Assembly (NCBI RefSeq): GCF_006345805.1
Contig: NC_042999.1
Coordinates: 91,822,001 to 91,886,000, forward strand
Length of the DNA stretch: 64,000 bases
Direction: 5' to 3'
Source: Octopus sinensis
Taxonomy: Eukaryota
Below the pieces are notes generated by a model. That model saw only the letters and a program-made list of their open reading frames with translations. It had not been told where the DNA came from and searched no databases. The position numbers and the translations under genes were made by a program. Shown here in pieces: positions 25,881 through 39,520 of this stretch. Each line of letters begins with the position of its first letter. Positions within the stretch are counted from its first letter, which is position 1.

Positions 25881-28000
25881 ATGGCCCTATTTACAACCAA
25901 CGCCATCTATTCACCTAATTTATACCCCGCCCTTTTTAGCTCATGTTTCATTCATTTTGTTCTTTATTTTACCGCAAATATAATGTTAAATTATACTGAA
26001 CATTTTTGTTGATTCTCTTATTGTTTACCGATAATGCTCCTTTACACTTTATAGTTATTTTACTTTACCACTCCTTCTTCTAAAAATATCTATATACCAC
26101 TATAAGACAGTAAGATGCAATTTGAGGGAAATTTGATTGCTATTTCTAATAAGTCAAACGGTTGCTTTGACGATGTCTTTTTTACTAGTAATGTTTCTAA
26201 ATGTTTAATGCAAAAAATGTAGCTGTTGTATCTTCCTTTTACCAATGTTTAATCTGAAATAGAAGAGAACCCGCAATCGATTATTGCGCAGAATGAAATA
26301 TAATGAGATGTCATTTAATCAGTCATCCAAACAAAAGTTGCTTGCTTCCAGTAACTGATTATTGACATCCAAAACCGTATCTCTACATTGAACGTTTTAA
26401 ATTTAGTGTCCTAGATGCAGCACATTAACTTTGTATCCAGTCACCGACTGCACATATTGAACTGTACTCCAGCATTCTATTAGCTCAGTCTTCTGGAACT
26501 TTATCAAACTTATGACCTCCCAAATAGCTCTTACAAATGAATAGTTATTCAAAATTTAGTGATTATTCACCAATATCTATTACATTCAACTTTGATTCAT
26601 ATTTGTCTACAAATACCCCAGCTAGATAAGTTTGTTTTAATCAAAATTTATATCACGACAGAGTCATGATAGCCATTTATAATACACATGTACAGTCTAT
26701 GATTTATTTTGTAATTGTGTTATATTGTTTATATTGTTAGGTCTTTCGTCGTCTTACAGTTACAGCATAGTCCCTGATATTACTTTCTATGGTAGAGATC
26801 ATTAGCTTATCAAAAAATTACATAAGCTAAATTTAACTTATGCATATGACAGTGTTCATATTTACATATGTGTACATACTTGCGTGTATGCATAAATACA
26901 TACATAAATACATACATACAAGCATGCATGCATGTATAAATACATATGTAAATACATACAAACATGCATACCTAATGGCTGTCCACTCGCAACCGCGAAA
27001 GAACATCACTGAGTAATGTCCATGCGAAATGCCAGTAATGCCTGTGCACGAGGTTATTGTACCCGTGGTCGATTTCAGCAGGGTAGCTTCCATGCTCACA
27101 GCAACGCCCACCTGCATGATCGAGCTTCGGAAATATGCCTCGCTGGTGATTATACAGCCTACGATTTTAGGTACAATAAGACTTGTACAGCATCTCACAG
27201 GCCCTCTCCTCCCTTAACATGTGATCCATAGCAAGCCAGGTCAAGATATACAGTGCCAAAATAGGTTGCAGGTTCAGGGGTGTGGGAGTGCCGTGATCTC
27301 AAGCGCAAGTAAAAGAACCTCAAAATGTTCACTGACATTCTCTACAAATCTGGTTTTATATCAGAGTGACCTTCTCCTAGAGACATGCTTTAATAAAAGC
27401 TGAGGGAGGCCTCACTTTCTTTCGATAAGAGATGTTGCAATTGAAATATTCAAACATAGGATAAAAATGTGAAATTTCGTGTTTGCTTTTGATTTAATGC
27501 TTGATAGCATACCCTGATATGCATAGACAAATGCATATATGTGAACTGAATGTTTATATTTATCAGTGTGCGCACGCGCTTTTGTGCAGATGTGTTTGTC
27601 TGTGTGTAAGTACATAAATCAACGGTACCTTCGAAGTTTTACTGTATGTGCCTTTTTAAGCTGCATTACAAAAATAATAGTGGTATATAGATATTTTTAG
27701 AAGAAGGAGTGGTAAAGTAAAATAACTATAAAGTGTAAAGGAGCATTATCGGTAACCAATAAGAGAATCAACAAAAATGTTCAGTGTAATTTAACATTAT
27801 ATTTGCGGTAAAATAAAGAACAAAATGAATGAAACATGAGCTAAAAAGGGCGGGGTATAAATTAGGTGAATAGATGGCGTTGGTTGTAAATAGGGCCATC
27901 TTTAATATTTTGTGTCAAATTTTTGCACATGGCCAGCGATTTCGGGGGAAATGGGTGAGTCGATTACATCAACCTTAGTATTCAACTGGTACTTATTTAA
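25781..28000. repeat. Long inverted repeat, arms 25781-26103 and 27677-28000
   Basis: Manual alignment shows about four substitutions and one indel over 323 bp. Confidence 0.95.
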
Positions 28001-30029
28001 TAATAAGGATAGATTGGATAAATACTCCTGTGCACGCTATTTCTGAGAAATAAAAGGGATGATTATCGCTGAAATGTTATTAATTATAACATTGGTTAGT
28101 TCTGTTATGGTAAAGCAAGCCTATACGCTTTTTCATTTGAAATCTAATAAAGTATTACATTTCTGAGTTAAGAAATGCATTGTGAAGCATAAAAGATTAC
28201 AAACTGCATTTCACTCAAAATGTGATAGCTTATTTGAAATGAAGAGTGTTCGACTACAAGACCTATACTCGATTCACTAAAATAGTGCATACTGAAAAAG
28301 AGCCAATTCCCGAAACGTTGTTGAAATTTACTTTTCCAGACTGGCTACTGCAACGACTTTACTTTTATTTTCAGCATAATTTAATACATTGGATCACATC
28401 AGCTGGTAAAGTTCCACAGCTCTTCTTCTGTTTGAGTGCTCGTCACTCTGTCGCTAGAATCAGAATGGTCTCAGAAGAAATGGTTGGGATAGCTTGTGTA
28501 AAACGTACGCAATGTTTTTACCAAGTGAGTGTTTTTATCCTTGGCTAAAAATTTTTTCCATACTATGGCAAAATAAATCTGTAATGTCATCCTGGCCTTT
28601 CATAATTCTTTTACATAAACTTTCTACAGAATGTTGTCTTACACCATTATCCAAGGTTTCTTTCTGGAGTCTTCCTATGATGCAAATTTTTTGAAGGAAG
28701 TTGCGAGATGACATATCACAGAAAATGTACGAAATTTGATTGTGTTTTATTTATATTTGTACACTATCCTTTCTTGACAGTATCTAACTGATATGAATTC
28801 TGATTAAAATATTTCTTTTCACTCCAGGTTTTGACTAAAATGATTTAAGATCTTCTTGGAAAGGAGTTATTTGCATAGAGATATTAATTTTGTTCCTCTT
28901 CCGGTTTATGGATAATAAACAGAATTTGGATTAATGCTGAATCGTTTTGCTTTTGATTTCTCTCCCCAGTAACAAAGCTTTCAATCAACATCCTGTCTTG
29001 AATTCCAAACGCTGATAGTAGCAAAAGTACGACCATGTCGTTATGGGACATGCTCTTATTGAATGCGGTGAGTTTTGAATTCTATATCTTCAGAAATCTG
29101 CTAAAATATTCCTTTTTCAATCTAGCCTTAATCACTCAAATAACATTCCCATAAATTCCAAGATATGCATTCATATGTCCACGTATGCAAGTATTTATGT
29201 ATGAATATATGTATATATATATATATATATGTGTGTGTATGTGTATGTATGTATGCATATATATATATATATATGTATGTTTATGTGAATGTATGTATGT
29301 TCATATGTATATATGCATGCATATATGCATGTATGTATCTATTGCATATATGTATGTATACATGTATGTGTGCATGGTTAAATGCCTAAAATGTTTGCTT
29401 TGTAACTATCATGTATATGATTGATCCAACTACACAGTACGTAGTGTAAGTAATATCTAATTCATCATTAGAGCGACGCAAGCCTTCTAATTATAACTGG
29501 GTAGATGAAAGCTGTGTAGACCTTTCTACGTGGACTGTAAGTGTAATTCAAATCCCAGTTTTATTATACATTAACGATTCACGTGTCTGTGAAATAATAA
29601 AATAATCAGCTATAATTCGATAAGTAGGTGGTTCTATTCCTCGAACTACTGAGATTTTCAATGTCGAAGCTAACACGATATTCACTCACGCTTATGCATA
29701 AAATATGAATGCATATATCTGTATGTAGTCAAGTATGTGAATTTTATCAATAACAATCTCAGCCAAGATTACGCCATGCATCTCATTTTTCTCCTTTCGT
29801 TATTTGTACTATATCTTCCACCCATAAAATGTCACGCTAACCATTCTGAAACTTTGTCATGCATAAATTGAGCATAAACAAAAAAGTATCGATTTTCACA
29901 AATCTGGGAGAAGTACAACATCTATGGACATTGACCATATGCTAGGTTGGGAAGAAAGTCCTGTTGTATTTTTGACATGATCATTTTGTGGGTACTTTTT
30001 CTATAAGATAAGCATTGATTTTTGCATTC

Positions 30030-30425
<396 letters not shown>

Positions 30426-31934
30426 GAAGGCACTTGGCCTAGTGGTTAGGTTGTTACACTCATGACCTTACAATTGTGCTTTCAATTCCCAGACTGGCGC
30501 CAACAGTGATATTGTAATGAAACAACCGAGATAATCAGCCATGAACAGCTGATATCAATCATCCAATACTTGTTCACGTTCTAGACAACGTTAATTAGAA
30601 TATCTAGTTAGAAATTGTGTAATATTTCAGGATTTCCTGCATACTTCAGAGTCCGTCACTTTCTAGATCTTGTCATAGAATTCAGATATTTATGACTTAC
30701 TGAAACCGCTCAACAGTAGTAGACTGGGCAAGTGCTTTACTAAATGCTACTGTCTCGTGAGTGACAACTCGCCCTCCGCTTTGGTATCAGGCCACTTGGC
30801 ATAGCAGAACATTGACATTGAGTTTTTGGAGTACTTATCTTATAAGTGTGTGGCGCCAAAATGATGGTGAGATTTTGGCCAGCTTAGACACCAGCTCTTT
30901 GGGGTACAGACCCTAATATATGTCTGCTCTTCTTGCAGCTTAGTTGACATTATACCAAGATATCAACATACTGTTACACAGAAAACAATGTTACCCTTTA
31001 GACTGGAGAAGCATTATATAAGGCATTGCCACAAGTGCTACTTCAGACGGTGTTTATGAGTCACTTAAGAGATAGTATTAACTAACAAGAATCACCTCAT
31101 TTTCTGTAAAAATTATAACGTACGAAGATATCGGCCCAAGAAACTTTCTTCTGCAGGGTGATTCGTTCATCAAATTGTAAAGAAAGTAAAAATAAGACAC
31201 CCTATAGACTTGTGTGTGTGTGCATCAAGTGACATAGAAAAAATATATATAGGTAATTTCAAGGGTCTAATCGTGGATACACATTTGCTATATCTCCGTT
31301 TTCATATAAACAAAATTGCTGCCTGATGCAACTACTCACGGTATATAGTTATTAACATAACTAAATACATCAGCCTGACTTAAAAGAAATTTCGTTTTAA
31401 AGATTTGTTTCTGTAAAAGCTTTGTGAATGATGGCATAAAAACGATACGTCTTCTGCTGATAAAAAAATATTTTTCAAAGTTAACATTTAAATTTCAATT
31501 ATTCCGGTTCAATATTTATTTTACAAATGTGCTTCAATCCATTCTGTTTTTTGTGTTAAAATTCCTATCCAGGTTTAAACTGTATCTAAAACACTTAACA
31601 TTTAATTTTCAGTTCTGTCTGTTCTTTATATATAAAACAAGTATTCTTTCGGTCAATAAGTTTGCATTATTTGAAATTGTTTCGGGGTTTTAAATTGTAA
31701 ATTTCTATAACACGAATTATTATGCAATGTATACCACTCTTTCGCTTTCCACAGAACAATTTCCCTCTCTGTACTTCAGGTTGTGAATAATTCGCAGACC
31801 CATATGCAATATAGCCCCGTCAATACTCTCTCAACTATTGGTTCATACTCACAAATACACACGAGTGCGCACGTACACACATGCACACACACACACAAAC
31901 ACATAAGCACACAGACATATGTATGCATATATGG

Positions 31935-31953
31935 TTTGATAGATAGATAGGCT

Positions 31954-32030
<77 letters not shown>

Positions 32031-32031
32031 G

Positions 32032-32130
<99 letters not shown>
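31935..32130. repeat. (GATA)n microsatellite
   Basis: Directly visible. Confidence 0.95.
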
Positions 32131-32219
32131 GTGCTATCAAATAATAATTTACAATGAATTTATTGGCAAGATTACACAAGAAATGTTTCTCATACATTTG
32201 TTACATGCTGAGAACAAGT

Positions 32220-32530
32220 TAGTCCTCACCCTTTCCTGATATTGAGGTTCCTGGTGAAGCTAAGATCACATCAATCCAAGTCATGGTTATAAGGAGTCAA
32301 CTACGATTAACAGGTTGTCTCATCCATATGAATGATGAGCGCGTCGTCAAGCTAATGCTTTATGGTGAACTTATGCCGAGAAAGAGAAAAATAGGAACTA
32401 ATAACTGAAGTGTGTTGAATTATGTAACAAAAGTCTTAAACCACTTGCGGTAGACGAGAAATCATGGAGAGTTACGATTCAGAATGGTGTAAAAAATTTT
32501 GAATTTGTCAGCAAAGCACGTTTTAAGAAA
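32220..32530 (+). mobile_element. RTE (BovB-like) LINE 3' fragment
   Basis: PDIEVPGEAKITSIQVMVIRSQLRLTGCLIHMNDERVVKLMLYGEL matches the post-RT RTE motif. Confidence 0.7.
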
Positions 32531-33891
32531 CAGAAAAGTTCATAAAAATGAAATTAATATCGAAAGTGTTACGAGCGGTTCTCAGTCTTTCTTTAAACTT
32601 TCCTTATGCACAAAATTATATCACACTTCAAGTTGGTATGAGATCGCAGCAGCGCGCCCATGCTCGTAAGGCACTCTATAACTTCAGCAATTTAATTTTG
32701 GATGACCTATTTCAATGCCATATTCGTAAAACAACGGCCAAATCACATGGAGGGTTAAAGTGACATTTGAACATTCATAAATAAAAAAGCAGAAAATCGA
32801 GCCAGTAATGAAATGAGACATTGCTACAGTATTTGTGATCATTTCTTCAAACGCTTTTCAGGGCTCAAAGGTCATTGAAGCTCTCATGCTAGAAAAGAGC
32901 AGTTATAGGTGGAAGAAGAGGTCGAGCGCAGCAAGGAGCAGATAGTCACAATGTATGTATGCAAGGCTGTATGAATGTACGTATGCATGTATGTTTGTGT
33001 ATGTGTGTGTATATAGATCGATAGGTATAGATAGATAGAGGGAGAGACAGACAAAGACATAGAGAACGATCATTTTGCATATATATTCTTAATATCTTCT
33101 TGTGACTTCGAACACGAATATGCAACTCGTTGTGTATGTCACAGGAGAAGAATTTCACCTTTTTACGATGAAAATGCTCTCATAGATTACTCCGCTCATT
33201 GATGCAAAGAATTCTAGGACACTGGTGTTTTGTCATGTATCTCGTGCACTAATATCGATGACGATATATACATATCATTGACCTACGATAATTAGTAAGC
33301 AGTTTTCATTCGTCATCATTTCGTAGCTTTCAACACTTCAGCAAACACGCACGAATACATAAGAATAGTAATGGTAAATACACCTGTTGCTAACACATAC
33401 GTATCTGAGTTTATCAAAAGTCAACCAACTCGTTGGAAAGTAGCTCCTTTCAAATAAATTCTCTCCCCTGACGAAATACCCAATTTACGATATTCGATAT
33501 GAAAATTTAAATTAATTTAATTTAATTCCTCGAATTGAAATAATTGGGCATGTAAACAACTGTAGGTGTTAAGAATTCGATGTTATACTGAATGGAATTT
33601 GTTGAAATAAATTAATGTTTATACAAGTTTGGCCAAAAGTGACCCAGCATTAAATCAAAATTGCAGAAATAATATCTGTAATTCTGTATTGGCTCGAATG
33701 GAAAAATGTGTCGCTCTAGAAGGACTTCAGTTTGATCGATTTTCATCATGTTTTATATTTAGATGCTCTTATTAAATTCATTCAGTTGTTAAGCATAAAT
33801 AAATCTTTGAATTAAACCGTTTTGATTTACTGTCAGGTGACCTTTGGCCAACCTTGTATATTAATTTCTCTAATTTCTTTTTCAAATAAAA

Positions 33892-33942
<51 letters not shown>

Positions 33943-34067
33943 TTGTTACCTTGTTTCAGCCAAGAGATTGCGGCCTTGTTGGGACATGGAGAATTTTACG
34001 GATACATGAACACACTACCTCCGGTTGTCAAGCACTGATGGTGGAAAAACATATATATACATATATC

Positions 34068-34330
34068 TATATATAAAACAGAGAACGTGTGTGTGTGTGT
34101 GTGTGTTTGTCTGTATGTATGTGTGCATCATTAAAACTCAAGAACTACCCAACCGATTTCATTCAAATTTTACACATGCCTTAGATAGGGTCCATGCAGT
34201 GTCATGGGTCAAAAACATTTTCAGTTTCTTGCCTATTGCGAGGCCGGAGCAAGCTCTTATCTCTTACACTATTGCAGTATTACGTGTGAAAAGTGAAAGA
34301 GAACATGTGTTGTAATGTGGGATAATACTT
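34068..34330 (+). mobile_element. Possible non-autonomous Helitron-like 5' end
   Basis: TCTATATATAAAA start, GT/GTAT microsatellite, then AACTACCCAACCGATTTCATTCAAATTTT; no 3' CTAG hairpin identified. Confidence 0.35.
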
Positions 34331-34419
34331 TCAGTTTCACTATTAATACTTCCGCTGAGCATATAATATATACGTAGTGAAACTATTGATACTGAAACTA
34401 TTATCTTACATATATACAT

Positions 34420-34420
34420 G

Positions 34421-34492
<72 letters not shown>

Positions 34493-34784
34493 GTGTGTGT
34501 GTTCGTGTGCGTGTGTATAGATATATGTGTATTATGTATGTCTATATACATATATGCATGTATATATATGTATATATGTATGTATATATATATATGCGTA
34601 TATATATATATATATAAATATGTATGTATATATGTATATATACATATATATATATAAGTGTATATGTATATATCTATACATACATGCATATATATGTACA
34701 ATATATATATGTATATATATGTATATATGTATGTATATATATATATGCATATGTATATATATATGTATGTATATATGTATATAT

Positions 34785-34878
<94 letters not shown>

Positions 34879-34890
34879 CATGTTGTGTAT
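34420..34890. repeat. Complex (TA)n/(TATG)n/(CA)n microsatellite field
   Basis: Directly visible. Confidence 0.95.
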
Positions 34891-34917
34891 AATATGCATG
34901 TATTTATGCATTGATTG

Positions 34918-36310
34918 ATTTGATCTAGTTTCAGCTCATAAACTGTGGCCATGCTGTGGCATTACCACTCGGTGTTGCTACATAATTTTACTTCACCAAT
35001 TTCTTTAAGAAATCGACACTTGGTGCATAAGGGAGTTAGATGCCGCTGCCGCCATCTGCATTTCCTGGTGGGAAGTTGACAATCATGTGGGACACTTGAC
35101 AATTAGAATTCCAATTTCATTTTCAGAACACCAACATCCACTCCTTTACGTCTCTCGGGTCCTTCGGGGGAATATTGAAGTGGTGTTGTCCCTTAAAGCC
35201 CAGGCTGCTGCAGTATCTTGTCCTATATCTTGATGGCAAATTTGATGTCCTTGGCACTAAACAGTGGCGCCCTGTTCTAGTAGTAGTGTAACTGTCAATG
35301 CCAAAGTACCCCCAGGTTCTTCCAAGTGTGTATTATGGCATATCTTTCTCGCCTACGCTCTAAAGAATAGAGTCTTAATCTCTTTAGTAGCTTATATGCT
35401 GCATAGAGGCTATCTTCTCTGTATAGCTTCGTTGGATTGCCACTAGTTCTGCAATTCATATTACACTGGCAGGGAGCAACAGTCAAAGTAGCTTAGGACA
35501 AGTATCCTCCAGAGGACCATCATGGTTTCCCGATATCTCGTTCTTAAAGTTCTAAGAATCCAACGTAGCAACATGCACATGGAAGGATGCATCATTGCTC
35601 ATGTAAAGGCCCAGGTCTCGCACTGACTGTGTCTCTGGGATTGCAATCCCACCAGGTCCAGTGTATTTAATTGGCATTGCATGTAACTTTGCATGCTGAT
35701 AGCACAGGTATTAAACTGCATGCTATTCTTCTCAACCCACTTGTATATTTCATCCAACTTACATCGCAGGTGCATAGTGTCTTCAGGGTTCTGTATCACC
35801 TCTGAAACTTCTGTATCATTTGCATAACTTGTGATCGTGGCTCTCTGTGTGTATGAGGGCATATCTGAGAGGACCATTATAAACAGCAGTGGTCCCAAAA
35901 CAGTACCCTGCGGATCACCGCTCACTATTTGCGTGTCATAAGGGGTGGCCCCATTGGCTACCACCACCTGACTTCTATCCTTCAGAAAGTCATAGAGCCA
36001 TTATCCCAATTTACCAACTATGCCGGGATCAGGCAGTTTGTAACATATCAGTCCGTGATCGACTTTATCGAAGGCCTTTGCAAACTCGAGATATATCACT
36101 TTTTGTTTCAACACACGGTCATAGTGTTGTAAGAGCTAGATCAGGCAGCTGCTTTCTGGTCGGATACCATGTTGGGTGTCAGACAGCAAGTTAGTTCCCT
36201 CAAGGAAGGTGATTAGCTTTCTTGTGACTAATCATTCCATGACTTTGCTGATGTGCGAGGTCAGAGGGACAGGTCTGTGGTTTTCGGCCTCTACTCTTCT
36301 ACCTCATGCG
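34918..36310 (-). mobile_element. 5'-truncated CR1/L2-group LINE, RT and C-terminus, pseudogenised
   Basis: ENHRPVPLTSHISKVME, QHGIR, YLEFAKAFDKVDH, SGDPQGTVLGPLLFI, SYANDT, LYSLERRRERYAII; intact 3' tail. Confidence 0.92.
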
Positions 36311-36335
36311 TATATATTATACACGTACATATATA

Positions 36336-36406
<71 letters not shown>

Positions 36407-36445
36407 TAAAAAGTGGAGTTAACGCAGGTGTAAACAAATATTTTT

Positions 36446-36531
36446 ACTTTCGACACATGTTTCGAAAATTCCACTGATACTATTCAAAAGAATAAATGGT
36501 ATAAACAATGCAATCTTCTCTTCGGGAAAGT
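36446..36531 (-). ncRNA. Type I hammerhead ribozyme-like motif with extended stem II
   Basis: Reverse-complement copy of 38521-38566 with 40 extra nt (36472-36511) in the stem II loop. Confidence 0.7.
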
Positions 36532-38520
36532 GTAAAAAACGAAACTCGTCAATACGACATTTTAGCAAAAAATGATGGATTTGTATAGCGATAGACAGAA
36601 CGCTATTAATATTTATTCATCTATTAATCCAATAGTACTTAATAAGGCACTTTGGCTTGCTCATAACAAAGCTGGTCTCACCCGAGAAGAAATTAATGTT
36701 GTGTTGGCAGCCAGAAGATCTATTATTAAATTTGATGATAAGTTGTGGGTCCGTAAAGACACACCAGATAGTTTCGATATACCAATGGAAGTTCTGATTC
36801 AGCACAGATAGCTGATTTGGTCTGTATAATATTCTTTTTGAAATGGCTGAAGAGTTCCCTAACATTTATGGAGGTCTATATCGTGATGATTGTTTACTTT
36901 ACCTCCAAAATGTTTCCAACCAAAAGGTACAAAAAGTTAAGAATAGTTTAGTTAATTTTTTCAGTAGAATGGGCTTAAAAATCGTTTTTGATGACGATCT
37001 GACGAAGGCCAACTTTTTAGATATTACGCTTAATTTACACAGTGACTCTTACTTCCCATATCATAAACCGTTGACCAATCTTAAGTACATTAGCAAATTT
37101 AGTAATCATCCTGGAGCAATTACTAAGAATTTAGTTATGAATATTTCATTTAGATTATCTAAATTATCTGCTAATGTTGATATTTTCAATAATAACGCTG
37201 AATTCTATAATTCTGCCTTAATCAAAGCAGGTTATACAGAAAAAAATTTCTACATTGATTCTGCTCAGTCTAAGATGGGTTACTAAAAACATTTGGTTTG
37301 TGATCCTTCAAAATGAACCGAGGTTGCTTAGGAACAAGTGGTTCTGTCTTCATTTGTAGGTTATATTTCTCCATGATTTTCATAGCCTCAATGTTGGCTT
37401 TCTTAAGTATTCTTTTATCAGCAATTTTATACTTTTTCTGAATTTCTTTTTTAAGTAATTCCAAATAATAGTAATTCCAAATAATTATAAAGTTTGTACA
37501 GATTTCCAGTCTTATCGGATTGAACCAACATATAAATATTAACATATTTAATCCCCTATTATAGATCTAAAAGTAAATATAACACCTTCAAAAATAATTA
37601 CGCTATGAATACTAGTAAAAATATTTGGTTAATAATCCCTTACGGGAGACAAATTAAATCTAATCTCCCACTGTTGTTTCGTCAAGCTATTACTAGGAAT
37701 TTTCCAAACAATTCTAGATATTACTCTATAATTAATTCACATAAGGTTAGGATAGGTTTTTTCAAACACAAAAACTCTCTTGCAAATTATATCTTCTCAT
37801 AATAACAAACTGTTAAATATTAATACATTTACTAATACTAACATTAATTTAGCTAATACCATCCAACCCTCTAGAAATATTAATAACAACGTTATTGTAT
37901 CTGAAGTAAATTACAATAGAATTAAGTCTATGTCAAGTAACTCTAAGGTTAAAAATTCTATATACCAGTGTATAATCAGTACTCGTAATAAAGTACGATT
38001 TTACATTGGAAGCACATCGTTAGAGTTATCTAAAAGAATTTCTATCCATTACTCAACATTTAGGGATAGAAATAAACAGAATAGTACCGGTCTCAGCAAA
38101 CTGATTTGTGATTTCAAAGACCACAATGAACAATTTCATTTAGAATGGTTGATCCTCTCAATTTCGATACCATGTGACAAAGGCAAGAAATTCTGTCTTC
38201 TCTACAATTCTGAGCTATTTTTCATTATTTTTTCTAAATATACTCTAGTAAACACGGTTATAGAGCGAGCATACAGATGTAAGCATTGGCAAAAACATAC
38301 ATTTAGTGCATATAAGTAGTCTCTATCATTATATATAATTTAAACTTTAATTTCCTTTATATTTAACATTCACTATTAATATCCCTACTCTTTCTGTTAG
38401 CTACTTATGACGTTATATCATATAACGTTTTTTTAAACAATATTAATAGCGTTCTGTCTATCGCTATACAAATCCATCATTTTTTGCTAAAATGTCGTAT
38501 TGACGAGTTTCGTTTTTTTC

Positions 38521-38566
38521 ACTTTCCCGAAGAGAAGATTGAATTTTCGAAACATGTGTCGAAAGT
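38521..38566 (+). ncRNA. Type I hammerhead ribozyme-like motif (U4C core variant)
   Basis: Stem I ACTTTC/GAAAGT, core CCGAAGA, stem II GAAGATT/AATTTTC, GAAA, minimal stem III C-ATGT-G, GUC cleavage triplet. Confidence 0.75.
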
Positions 38567-38879
38567 AAAAATATTTGTTTACACCTGCGTTAACTCCATT
38601 TTTTATTCATATTATTCAAATATTCAACGTAAACACGAAGTTTCTACCTTTATAAACAAGGAGTTACAACATCTTTACTTGTGAGATTTTTGCTGCCCTG
38701 GTAACTATTTATTTATTTTTCCGTGTTAATTGTTAACAAGGTAAAAATACACTCATCTATTTATATATATATATACAAGCATAATTTAAATTAAGCAGAA
38801 AATTGAGAAATCTAGATCAACAACAATTGACTAACATCGATTAAAATTGTAATGCAAAACTTTATCCCATTGCCACTAT

Positions 38880-39520
38880 CCACACAACCCTTGCCAGAGC
38901 GCATTCCATGGACTGTGCATCTGCTCTCTCTCCTCGCACCCGCACCGCCGTTGCCAGTCTTCCATTCCCCTCACCTACCACCCCTCCACCCTACCCTCCA
39001 ACGCATCATTCTACGAGCATTCCGGCGACTCCAGTCCGACTCCATCCACCTCGGACTTATTCTCCAACATACCTCTTCCCTCTTTCAAGCAAGGCTACAA
39101 CCTACGTGACCTCCCAACCTGGCTCGTTCCCCTGTTCCTGCCATCGCTGCCGCACCTTCCCCTACCTCTCCAACACCACCATCCTCACAGGCACCCATCA
39201 TCGTCCCTATCTTGTCTCCGACTCCTTTGCCTGCACTTCTAGCAACGTCATTTACTTTATCTTCTGCTCTTCTGCCCTTCTCTATACATCGTTCAAACGG
39301 GACACTGCTTGGCTGACCGGCTCGCAGAGCACCTCGGAGACATCAGACACTGCAATGAAACACTCGTTTCGCACCATTTCCGGTCATTCACTACAACACC
39401 TGTGTGTATTCGGATTGTCTTTGCACAGGGACCATCGGGACTCCCGTCTTCATCGCGAACGAGAATTAATTTTCTCTCTTCGATCTTTTGCTCCACATGG
39501 GCTCAACTTTCCTCCTGTCT
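38880..39520 (+). mobile_element. 3' fragment of a second PLE (Neptune-like GIY-YIG region)
   Basis: HPTLQRIILRAFRRLQSD, PGSFPCSCHRCRT, SFACTSSNVIYFIFC, MADRLAEHLGDIR, RELIFSLRSFAPHGLN. Confidence 0.88.

Larger units (their letters stand above)
36401..38611 (+). mobile_element. Penelope-like element (YRDD RT, C-terminal GIY-YIG; probably Hydra-clade-like) flanked by inverted pseudo-LTRs
   Basis: FDIPM-SSDSAQIADLV, GLYRDDCL, NFLDITLNL, SNHP, KNIWLIIPY, NSIYQC..FYIGST, RCKHWQK; inverted arms at 36401-36613 and 38439-38611. Confidence 0.93.

Noticed and set aside
25781-28000. piggyBac element with TTAA TSD
   Set aside because: The left TTAA is part of a continuous SINE sequence, there are no CCC/GGG termini and no transposase is evident.
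30430-30500. tRNA gene
   Set aside because: Only an A-box and a decayed B-box; no cloverleaf. It is a SINE head remnant.
36401-38611. Naiad/Chlamys-type PLE or selenoprotein-coding PLE
   Set aside because: The endonuclease is C-terminal, not N-terminal, and the disruptions are frameshifts typical of decay.
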